The notes under the pieces were generated by a model, which saw only the letters and a program-made list of their open reading frames with translations, did no database searches and was not told the origin of the DNA. This document shows, in pieces, positions 56,901 through 64,000 of a DNA stretch of 64,000 nucleotides. Every line of letters starts with the position of its first letter. The stretch's first letter is position 1. This DNA comes from Vicinamibacteria bacterium. Lineage in GTDB: Bacteria; Acidobacteriota; Vicinamibacteria; Marinacidobacterales; Marinacidobacteraceae. The stretch is from NCBI GenBank assembly GCA_965116805.1, contig OZ220713.1, forward strand, positions 703,887 through 767,886, in the 5' to 3' direction. A program made the translations under genes and the position numbers.

Positions 56901-58344
56901 CCTCGTCGGCCGCCGCAAGGACGTGATCGTGGACAGCGGCGGCAAGAACATCTACCCGGACGAGGTGGAAGAGATCTACGCCTCGCCGGACCTGATCGCC
57001 GAACTCGCCGTTGTCGGACTTCCCGACGGAATGGCCGAGCAGGTGGCCGCGGTGGTCGTCCCGAAGGAAAAGACGCCGGAAGGCAGGCAACGCGTCGAGA
57101 CCCACTTCCGGTCCGTTTCGTCCCGACTACCGCTGCACAAGCGGATCAAGACCGTCGAGTTCTCGGACGAGGCGCTTCCCCGGACGGCCACCCGCAAGGT
57201 GAAACGCGGCGAGCTCGTGCGCTGGCTGCGCGACCGGCGCCGCGAGGCGGCCGCCGAATCCGGCGAGGAAGCCTTCGCGGGGAATCGGATTCTCGAACTG
57301 ATCGCCTCCATCTGCGAGCGTCCGGTCTCGGAGATCCGGACGTCGTCCTCCTTTGCCGAGCTGGGCTTCGACAGCCTCATGTACAACGAACTCGCGGCCG
57401 GGCTCGACGCCGAGTTCGGCGAGTCGGCGGCTCCCGAGGCGCTCGCCAACATGGCCACCATCGAGGAACTGGTGCTCGCCATGCGGACGCCTCCGGGAGG
57501 CGTCCGGGGCCGCCGTCCGCGCCGCGGCGAGTCCCGGAAGAAGCGCGAAGAGGACGAGATCGAGATTCCGCCGGCCGTGGCCAACGCCGGCCGCGCGGCG
57601 CTGACCGAGGTCCAGCACTGGTTCTACCACCAGGTGCTGGAGCCGACCTTCACGGGCCGGGCGCACGTCCCGAACCACACGAACTACCTGGTGGTCGCGA
57701 ATCACGGCTCCCATCTCGACATGGGACTCGTGAAGATGGCGCTCGGAGACGCGGGCTCGAACCTGCTGGCCCTGGCCGCCGCCGACTATTTCTTCGACAA
57801 CCGGGTGAAGCGCACCTTCTTCGGCAACTTCACCAACCTCGTGCCGATGGAACGCCGCGGTTCGCTCCGCGAATCGCTGGACCGGGCCGCGGAGTACCTG
57901 AACCAGGGCTACAGCGTGCTGGTGTTCCCCGAGGGCACCAGGTCGCGGAGCGGGCAGATCCAGAAGTTCCGGCGCGGGTTCGCGCACCTGGCGTACCGCT
58001 GCCGGGTCGGGGTCCTGCCGATCCATCTCGACACCTGGGGAGCGTTCCCCCCCGGCGCCGTCGGGCTCCGTTCGCGCACCGTGGCGGCGCGGATCGGACC
58101 GTTCCTCTCCCACGATTTCCTGCTTCGCTTCGCCGGGGGAGGGGTCCGGGCCGCGGTTGCGGAGGGGCGGGTGACCGCGCTCGTCCAGACCATGGTCGAG
58201 CGTCTGGGGCGTCAGGAACCGATCCAGCTCGAGGAGGAGGCGGCGCGCATCCTCGAAGCCGCCGAGCCCGCCGGCGCGGAGTCCCGACGTGCCGCCGGTT
58301 CGCCGGCGAACGACCGGGTGCCCGATCCGACCCCGGTAGGCTGA
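53923..58344 (+). CDS. elbD: Multidomain fatty acyl reductase - AMP-ligase - ACP - acyltransferase (ElbD-like)
   Basis: FAR: GGTGFLGK, HISTCFV, YTYTK, RPAVV. A domain: FTSGTTGTPKG, QGYGLTE, YTGDLG, GRRKDVI. ACP: LGFDSL. PlsC: NHGSHLD, FPEGTRS. Confidence 0.88.
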   Translation: MADTARPRIDVGEAFAGRSILLLGGTGFLGKVCLGMLLEFFPQIRRVYLMVRAAGEAESRVRFTDIVENSPALAPVRERHGAGLHDFLDEKIVVLGGDITSDNLGYSEERAAGIAADIDLVLNCSGRVTFNPSLEAALQTNVHGTRNTIAFARRMKRPALVHISTCFVAGMRSGEVREDEPLVGYFPRRDREDQEFSVEKEIEDCERLAARVRDEAEDKSRVDAFQEAARKRFAEEGRDPDDARSLSLAIARERKEWIRRRLRDLGIEKAQGWGWPNIYTYTKSLGDQLVAGAEGVARAIVRPAVVESALSFPHTGWNEGFTTSAPLVRMALRGQNLFPVGPGVVLDVVPVDLVASATLAVAAETIVSEPHLVYQVSSGDRNPARVERLVDIVGIYKRRHFRDKPTGVKLWNEALARMEAQAVRADRFEKHTLKWMRQSASALSGVLERAGDEPIGPLVGVVEALQRNVDSFEDFVVQGERQYHTFRPFIAGEEFIFRADNTHDLFSRLDGNDGKLFFNPEEIDWYDYWLHVHLPGLEKWVFPALEDQERGQRRAQKRVYTYRTINELFEACTKNHAGRVAMRITRGGREERYTYADLRECVLRGAAFLAARGLGAGDHVGLIGENSPEWGMAYFAIQRIGATAIPLERDLRREEIVRLLRLGDARAVLMSDSLFERHAGLSSDNGAAPPAAAHPFRDVFAMGETEDGEAAPPKAVRTSPTTLASILFTSGTTGTPKGVMLTHRNFTSLVAKLLSVYDIGEKDGALSILPLHHSFEFTTGFLLPLSRGAQIAYLEEIGPEAINAELQKGHTTCIVGVPALWDLLRRRILAPFADRSQRAEDLATALIDAAHLLREDTGVNVGPAVFLPVHTALGGRIRYLISGASALSEATWKAFRGLGFHIAQGYGLTEAAPVLTVTSPDGPVPIGSVGKALPGIEIRIVDPDASGVGEVAAKGPNVMAGYYGNEEATAEALRDGWLYTGDLGRLDEQGHLFLVGRRKDVIVDSGGKNIYPDEVEEIYASPDLIAELAVVGLPDGMAEQVAAVVVPKEKTPEGRQRVETHFRSVSSRLPLHKRIKTVEFSDEALPRTATRKVKRGELVRWLRDRRREAAAESGEEAFAGNRILELIASICERPVSEIRTSSSFAELGFDSLMYNELAAGLDAEFGESAAPEALANMATIEELVLAMRTPPGGVRGRRPRRGESRKKREEDEIEIPPAVANAGRAALTEVQHWFYHQVLEPTFTGRAHVPNHTNYLVVANHGSHLDMGLVKMALGDAGSNLLALAAADYFFDNRVKRTFFGNFTNLVPMERRGSLRESLDRAAEYLNQGYSVLVFPEGTRSRSGQIQKFRRGFAHLAYRCRVGVLPIHLDTWGAFPPGAVGLRSRTVAARIGPFLSHDFLLRFAGGGVRAAVAEGRVTALVQTMVERLGRQEPIQLEEEAARILEAAEPAGAESRRAAGSPANDRVPDPTPVG

Positions 58345-58348
58345 ACGC

Positions 58349-59350
58349 GTGACCGAAGCGAGTTCCGGAACCGCTCCGGTATTGGTCACGGGCGCGACGG
58401 GCTTTCTCGGCAGCCATCTGCTTCCCCTGCTGCTCGAGGAAGACGAGCCCGTCCGCGTGCTGGCGCGCCAGCCCGCCCCCGAACTCTCGGCCCGCGGCGT
58501 CGAGGTCATGGTCGGCGACGTGGTCTCGGGAGCGGGGCTGGAGGAGGCGCTCGAGGGCGTCAGGCGGGTCTTCCACCTCGCCGGACGGGTCTCCCGCGAT
58601 CCGGATGCCGCCGCCGGTCTCCAGCGGGTTCACGTGGACGGCGCCCGCACGCTGGCGGCCGCCGCCCGGCGGGCGGAGGTGGAGCGGATCCTGCTCGTGT
58701 CCAGCAGCGGAACGATCGCGGTTTCGCGCGATCCGGAACCCGACTGCGACGAGACGGCGCCCGTTCCCGTCGAGCTGATCGGCCGTTGGCCCTACTACCG
58801 GAGCAAGTGGCTGCAGGAGCGCGCGTTGCTCGCCGACGCCGGCGAAATCGAGGTGGTGATCGCGAACCCGTCGCTGCTCCTCGGTCCCGGGGACGAGAGG
58901 CTCTCCTCGACGGGGGACGTGCTGCGGTTCCTGTCCGGCCAGCTCAGCGTGATTCCTCCGGGCGGGCTGAACTTCGTGGATGTCCGGGATGCGGCGGCCG
59001 GGGTGGTGGCCGCCATGGCGAAGGGCCGGAGCGGCCAGCGCTACCTGCTCGGCGGGCACAACTGGAGCTTCGCGGACTTCTTCGCCCGTCTCGCGGAGGT
59101 GTCCGGTTCGCCCGCGCCGCGCCTGCGGCTCGCGCGCGGTCTCTACACGGCGGGCGCCCTGCTCACCGAGGAAGTCGCGCGCCAGGTCGGACGCGAACCG
59201 GCGGTGGACCGCATCAGCCGGGAAATGGCGGCCTGCTACTGGTACTTCAGCTCCGAAAAGGCGACGCGGGAACTGGGCCACGACCCGCGCGACGGCCGCG
59301 TCACGCTCCTCGAGACGGTGAACTGGTTCCGGGGCCGGGACGCCTCCTGA
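58349..59350 (+). CDS. NAD-dependent epimerase/dehydratase (dihydroflavonol reductase-like SDR); elb-cluster-like
   Basis: VTGATGFLGSH, FHLAG, VSSSG, YYRSK (YxxxK), NPSLLLGPGD, VDVRDAA. Confidence 0.9.
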   Translation: MTEASSGTAPVLVTGATGFLGSHLLPLLLEEDEPVRVLARQPAPELSARGVEVMVGDVVSGAGLEEALEGVRRVFHLAGRVSRDPDAAAGLQRVHVDGARTLAAAARRAEVERILLVSSSGTIAVSRDPEPDCDETAPVPVELIGRWPYYRSKWLQERALLADAGEIEVVIANPSLLLGPGDERLSSTGDVLRFLSGQLSVIPPGGLNFVDVRDAAAGVVAAMAKGRSGQRYLLGGHNWSFADFFARLAEVSGSPAPRLRLARGLYTAGALLTEEVARQVGREPAVDRISREMAACYWYFSSEKATRELGHDPRDGRVTLLETVNWFRGRDAS

Positions 59351-59428
59351 TCCGCACGGCGCCCCCCGCTTGGCCGGCGCCATCACGGCTGTTGGTGGAC
59401 CGCCGATCATGGCGATCCCCTGACCAGC

Positions 59429-61642
59429 GTGGACCGCATCGAAGCCCTCGCCCGGCCCGACAAGTGGTACCTGGGGGGACTCGACGGGGTGCTCTGGGCC
59501 CCGCCGTTTCCCCGCTGGCTGCACCGTCCCGGATTCTGGGACGGGGCCCATCTGCTGCAGTACGAGGCGGGGCCCTGTTTTTCGGCGGCCCTGCTGGGCG
59601 GCTCGGGGACGGAGACTCCGCTGTCGGGGGGACCGGCCGCATACCGCTGGCGTCCGGGCACCCTGGTCGCCGAGTGGCGGACCGGGGAGGGCGGACCGGC
59701 AGTCGAGACCCGACAGGTCCTCCCCGGCGGCATTCTCGAGAGCGCCTGGGCACTCCCCCCCGGAGCGGCCGGGGGCTTCCTCGTCGCGTTCACGGCCCAG
59801 CCGGCGGCCTCGGTGTCCGGGCTGCAGCGGTCTTCCGGGGGCGTGCGGTGGGTGCGCCACCTCGTCGACCGCGCCGGGCAGAAGCTGTCGGTCGAGATGG
59901 AGATCTGCGGGTCCCGCGCCCCCGCGTGGCGCCGGGTGCTCCCCTCGGAGGGCGGCGCGCAGCCCGACTGGACCGCGTCTCCATTCGCGGAAGGGGGGCT
60001 CGAGGACATCGAGGACGCCGGCGGCGTTGCCGGAGCGCCCGCCACCGCTCGGAGCGGCTGGCTCTGGGTGGCGGTGGCGTTCCCGGTTCCCGCCCCCGGC
60101 CAGGGGGTCCTTTCGCTCCGGATGCATCTCGACCCGCGGCTGTCCGAGCCGCCGTGGCGAGGAGGCCGCGCCCCCGCCGAGCACCTCTCCTGGGAGTCCT
60201 TTTTCGCCGGCTTCCCCGTTTTCACCTGCGGCGACGCCCGCCTGGACCAGTACTTCGACTACCGCGTCCACGGCCTCGGGCTCAACCGCATCGAGGGCCA
60301 CTCGGGCCATGTGCGCCACCCCTGCATCGCGGAAGGGATCGAGTACTTCCACGTCCCGATCACCTACAGCGCCCAGTGCCACATGATGGAGATGCGCTGG
60401 CGCGAGAGCGGCCGCGAGGCGTGGGGATCGCTCCTCAACTTTCTCGACAACCAGAAGAAGGACGGGTCGTTCCCCGGACGGCTCTACCCGAACCACCTCG
60501 AACAGACCGACTTCTACCACGCGAACTGGGGCGACGCTCTGCTCGCGGTGGATGCGATGCACCCCGAGCCCGCGGCCCTGGCCCGCTGCTACGACGGCCT
60601 GTCCCGTTACGCCCGCTGGCTGGACCGCTCGCGCGATCCCGAGGGCTCGGGCATGTTCACCGTCGTGAACCACTTCGAGACCGGGCAGGAGTACATGTCG
60701 CGGTACATGGCGGTGGATCCGGAGGCGGACGTGCGCGGCTGGGAGCCGCGCCTCTGCCTCAAGGGCATCGACGTGACGGTCTATGCGCACCAGCTCTTCC
60801 GCGCGCTCGCGAGGCTCGCCGGGCGAGTCGGGCGGCCGGCGGACGCCTCCGACTGGCGGGCGCTCCAGCTCCGTTGCGCGGCCGCGATCACGGAGCGCAT
60901 GTGGTGCCCCCAGGCGCGCTTCTTCACCGACGTGGACGGACGCACCTTCGAGCGTACCGGCGTCAAGGCCGCCGTGGGTTTCTACCCGATGCTGGCCGGC
61001 CTGGTGGACGGCTCCCGCCTCGACGCCCTGATGGACCACCTCGAGGACCCGCGGACCTTCGGCACCCCCTTTCCGGTGCCGTCGTCCAGCGTGGACGACC
61101 CCCGTTTCTCCGCCGAGGGGATCTGGCGGGGCAAGCGGCGCAACTGCCCGTGGAACGGCCGGGTGTGGCCGATGACGACCAGCCACGTGATCGAAGGACT
61201 GCTGCGCTGCTGGCGGCGGGGGAACCGGCGCGCGGGGGAGCTGGCCGCGGACCGGCTCCTCCGCTTCGTGCACCTGATGTTCACTGACGGCGACCCGCGC
61301 CGCCCCAACGCCTTCGAGCACTACAACCCCTACACCGGCCGGGCCTGTCACTTCCGCGGCATCGACGACTACCAGCACTCATGGGTGCTGGATCTGCTCG
61401 CCCGGGGGATCGCCGGGCTCCACTTCGACGAGGAAGGCGTCGAGGTGCGGCCGCTGCCGCACGAGCTGTCTCCGGTGCGGCTGGGGCCGGTGCGCGCCCG
61501 CGGGCGCCGCGTCACGGTTGAACTCGACGACGGCCGGATCTCGCTGGCCGTGGATGGAACCCGGTACGAGGGGCCCCGGGGGCGGCCGCTCCGGGTGGAG
61601 TGGGAGACGCTGAACCGGCGGGGGGAGGGCGGGCGGCCATGA
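59429..61642 (+). CDS. Glycoside hydrolase with (alpha/alpha)6 barrel, GH63/MGH1-like
   Basis: ETGQEYMSRY (cf. ESGxDNSPR), GIDVTVY, MWC..FFTD, FGTPFPVPS, WNGRVWP, FEHYNP..G. Confidence 0.7.
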   Translation: MDRIEALARPDKWYLGGLDGVLWAPPFPRWLHRPGFWDGAHLLQYEAGPCFSAALLGGSGTETPLSGGPAAYRWRPGTLVAEWRTGEGGPAVETRQVLPGGILESAWALPPGAAGGFLVAFTAQPAASVSGLQRSSGGVRWVRHLVDRAGQKLSVEMEICGSRAPAWRRVLPSEGGAQPDWTASPFAEGGLEDIEDAGGVAGAPATARSGWLWVAVAFPVPAPGQGVLSLRMHLDPRLSEPPWRGGRAPAEHLSWESFFAGFPVFTCGDARLDQYFDYRVHGLGLNRIEGHSGHVRHPCIAEGIEYFHVPITYSAQCHMMEMRWRESGREAWGSLLNFLDNQKKDGSFPGRLYPNHLEQTDFYHANWGDALLAVDAMHPEPAALARCYDGLSRYARWLDRSRDPEGSGMFTVVNHFETGQEYMSRYMAVDPEADVRGWEPRLCLKGIDVTVYAHQLFRALARLAGRVGRPADASDWRALQLRCAAAITERMWCPQARFFTDVDGRTFERTGVKAAVGFYPMLAGLVDGSRLDALMDHLEDPRTFGTPFPVPSSSVDDPRFSAEGIWRGKRRNCPWNGRVWPMTTSHVIEGLLRCWRRGNRRAGELAADRLLRFVHLMFTDGDPRRPNAFEHYNPYTGRACHFRGIDDYQHSWVLDLLARGIAGLHFDEEGVEVRPLPHELSPVRLGPVRARGRRVTVELDDGRISLAVDGTRYEGPRGRPLRVEWETLNRRGEGGRP

Positions 61643-62751
61643 CGCGCGAGCCGCGGGCAGTGGTGCTGAAGGGCGTCCGGAAGCGTTTCGGGGACGTGAC
61701 GGCGGTGGCCGCGGTCGATCTCGAGATCCGCCCCGGCGAACTGATGGTGCTGGTGGGTCCTTCGGGGTGCGGGAAGAGCACGCTGCTGCGCCTCATCGCC
61801 GGTCTCGAGGAGCGGGATGCCGGGGAGGTGTGGATCGGAGATCGGTGCGTGGATGAGGTCCCGCCGGGCGGCCGCGACGTGGCAATGGTCTTTCAGAGCT
61901 ACGCCCTCTACCCGCACATGACCGTCGCCGGGAACCTGGGCTTCGGCCTCCGGGTGCGGGGCGCGGGTACGGCCGCGACCGAGGCGCGCGTGAACGCGGT
62001 TGCCGACGTGCTGGGGCTCCGGGGGCTCCTGTCCCGGCGTCCCGGCCAACTCTCGGGAGGACAGCAGCAGCGGGTGGCGCTGGGACGGGCGATGGTGCGC
62101 GATCCCGGCGTCTTTCTCTTCGACGAGCCGCTGTCGAACCTGGACGCCGCGCTGCGGCTGCAGACCCGTGACGAGATCGCGGCGCTCCACCGCCGCCTCG
62201 GCACGACCATGATCTTCGTCACCCACGACCAGGTCGAGGCGCTCTCGCTCGGCCAGCGGGTTGCGGTGATGGACCACGGCCGGGTGCAGCAGGTGGGGAC
62301 GCCGCACGAGGTTTACCGAAGGCCCGCCAACCTCTTCGTGGCGGGCTTCGTGGGATCGCCGCCCATGAACCGGCTTCCCGTGGTCCGCGACCGGGAAGGG
62401 CGCCTCGCGGGCGGCCCGTTCGTCTTCCCGGGAGCCTCACCCCACCGCGAAGCCACGTTGGGGGTCCGGCCCGAGGACCTCACGCTCGCCCTCGCCGCCC
62501 CGCCTGACCCCGACCCGACCCCCGAGTTCACCGCAACCGCGCTGCGCGTCGAGTCGCTCGGCAGCGAACAGCGGATCCACCTCGACGGACCGGGCGATGC
62601 CGCCTGGGTGGCTCGCGCGCCGTCCGCGCTGCGCGTCACCGCCGGGGACCGGGTGGCGGTCTCGGTCGCGTGGGAGCGGACGCATCTTTTCGGCGCCGAC
62701 GGCGGCCGGATCGGGGCGGCGCCCCGGCCAGTTCGGGGATCGCGTCCATGA
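61639..62751 (+). CDS. Carbohydrate ABC transporter ATP-binding subunit (MalK/UgpC family)
   Basis: GPSGCGKS, AMVFQSYALYPHMTV, LSGGQQQR, DEPLSNLD, VTHDQ, FVGSPPMN, TOBE C-terminus. Confidence 0.95.
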   Translation: MTREPRAVVLKGVRKRFGDVTAVAAVDLEIRPGELMVLVGPSGCGKSTLLRLIAGLEERDAGEVWIGDRCVDEVPPGGRDVAMVFQSYALYPHMTVAGNLGFGLRVRGAGTAATEARVNAVADVLGLRGLLSRRPGQLSGGQQQRVALGRAMVRDPGVFLFDEPLSNLDAALRLQTRDEIAALHRRLGTTMIFVTHDQVEALSLGQRVAVMDHGRVQQVGTPHEVYRRPANLFVAGFVGSPPMNRLPVVRDREGRLAGGPFVFPGASPHREATLGVRPEDLTLALAAPPDPDPTPEFTATALRVESLGSEQRIHLDGPGDAAWVARAPSALRVTAGDRVAVSVAWERTHLFGADGGRIGAAPRPVRGSRP

Positions 62752-64000
62752 GAGCCCTCATCCCGGCCGCCCTGTCCCTCGCCGCCGCCGCCTGTTTCCC
62801 CGCGGGTTCCGGCGTCTCGCCCGCCGTCACCACCCTTCGGGTCGCTCTTTGGGCCGGCGGTTTCGAACTTGAGATCGAGCAGCAGGTCGCCGATCGCTAC
62901 GAGGCGTTGCGCCCGGGGACGCGCGTCCTTCTCGAGTCCGCGCCGAACGGATACGAGGAGCGTCTCCTCACCTCCATCGCGGCGGGCCACCCTCCCGACG
63001 TGTACCTCCTCGACTCGCCCGACATCCCCACGTTCGTGGACCGGGGACTGGCGGTGGACCTGACGCCCTACCAGGAGGCGCTGGACTTTCGGGCCGACCG
63101 GGTCTTCCCGCAGGTCCTCGAGGCGTACCGGCGCGGGCGGGCCCTGTTCGCGCTGCCCAAGGACTTCACTCCGATGGTGATCTACGCGAACCGCGCGGTG
63201 CTGGCGGGCGCGGGGATCGACCGGACCCTGGTCGGGCCAACCGGCGCCTGGGCGAGCGGCTGGACCTGGGAGGACTTTCGCCGCGCGGTCCGTTCCGTGA
63301 CCACCGACCGGGACGGCGACGGCAGGCCGGACGTCTATGGCTTCGATTTCCCCCGCAACCTCTTCCAGTGGGTGCCGTTCGTCTGGTCGGCTGGCGGAGA
63401 CATCCTCGCGCCCGGCGGGGACCGCGCCACGGGCTACCTGGACGGCCCGGCGGCGCTCTCCGCCTACGCCTTCCTCACCGAACTGGCCGAGGAGGAACTG
63501 ACGCCGGGCGCCCAGTTCATCCAGCAGGCGGACCCGGCGCGGGAAGCCCGGTTCGCTTCGGGCGGACAGGCGTTCCTGCTGTCCGGGCACTGGACGCTTC
63601 CCCTCTTCCACGACCTGGTGCGCGCCGGCGCGCTGGACCTGGCGATCCTGCCGATTCCGCACCACCCGTCGCAGCCGGGTGCGACGAGCGTCCTCTACGC
63701 GTCCGGGTGGGCGGTGCCCCCGAATGCGGCGAACCTCCGTCAGGCAATCGACCTGGCCGGCTTCCTCGCCTCGCCCGAGGCGCAGCGGATCCGGGCGCGC
63801 TCGGGTCTGGCGATCCCGACGCGGGTTGACGTCGCCGAGGAGATCGCCGCCGCCGATCCCACGGGGGTGGAGGACGCGTTCATCGCGCTGGCGGAGCGGG
63901 CCCGGGTGACCTGGGGCGCGACCGTGCGCGACTTCTCGCGGGTCGAGCGGCTGGCGCTGGAGATCATGGATCGGCGGCTGCTGCGAGGGGAACCGCTCGA
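62748..64000 (+). CDS. Carbohydrate ABC transporter substrate-binding lipoprotein; runs off window end
   Basis: Manual translation from ATG 62748: MRALIPAALSLAAAC lipobox, YEERLLTSIAAGHPPDVY, LFALPKDFTPMVIYANR, WTWEDF, SGWAV. Confidence 0.88.
   Translation, partial: MRALIPAALSLAAAACFPAGSGVSPAVTTLRVALWAGGFELEIEQQVADRYEALRPGTRVLLESAPNGYEERLLTSIAAGHPPDVYLLDSPDIPTFVDRGLAVDLTPYQEALDFRADRVFPQVLEAYRRGRALFALPKDFTPMVIYANRAVLAGAGIDRTLVGPTGAWASGWTWEDFRRAVRSVTTDRDGDGRPDVYGFDFPRNLFQWVPFVWSAGGDILAPGGDRATGYLDGPAALSAYAFLTELAEEELTPGAQFIQQADPAREARFASGGQAFLLSGHWTLPLFHDLVRAGALDLAILPIPHHPSQPGATSVLYASGWAVPPNAANLRQAIDLAGFLASPEAQRIRARSGLAIPTRVDVAEEIAAADPTGVEDAFIALAERARVTWGATVRDFSRVERLALEIMDRRLLRGEPL

Noticed and set aside
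57830-61378. 1182-aa minus-strand ORF and many other long antisense or alternate-frame ORFs (e.g. 20697-23117, 24987-27335, 39393-40781, 54580-57105)
   Set aside because: They shadow well-supported genes, are Arg/Pro/Gly/Ala-rich with no motifs, and are expected from stop-codon scarcity at about 70% GC.

Overview
A 64-kb, roughly 70% GC chromosomal segment spanning the replication origin of a Gram-negative bacterium. Gene order (parAB-bactofilin-atpF'FHAGDC, no atpB/atpE here) and gene content suggest Acidobacteria or a Myxococcota-like lineage; this is inference only. The centre is the oriC core: gyrA-gyrB-dnaN-oriC-dnaA on the minus strand, then rpmH-rnpA-yidD-yidC-rsmG-parS-parA-parB-bactofilin and the ATP synthase b', b and F1 genes. 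The left arm holds secreted hydrolases, a TonB-dependent receptor, a sirtuin, a decayed vapBC-type module, a double-SBP MltF, tRNA-Arg(ACG), tRNA-Glu(CTC), sugar-modification genes, rsmI, an N-terminally eroded glmU next to a SIS-only glmS-like gene, pcrA/uvrD and pyrE. The right arm holds three uncharacterised exported proteins, a sulfatase-yyaL-fabH operon and a divergent operon resembling the myxobacterial elb ether-lipid cluster (HAD, LarA-like, FAR-A-ACP-acyltransferase, SDR). That operon runs into a GH63-like glycosidase and a sugar ABC importer. Non-coding highlights are a dispersed two-hairpin REP-like family with compensatory base changes (8 full copies plus a partial one in oriC; two are read in frame), a duplicated gyrB start that creates a coupled uORF, and a 183-bp MITE whose end carries a perfect DnaA box. 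No CRISPR array, rRNA or intact transposase was seen. All assignments come from motif reading by eye, with no database searches.
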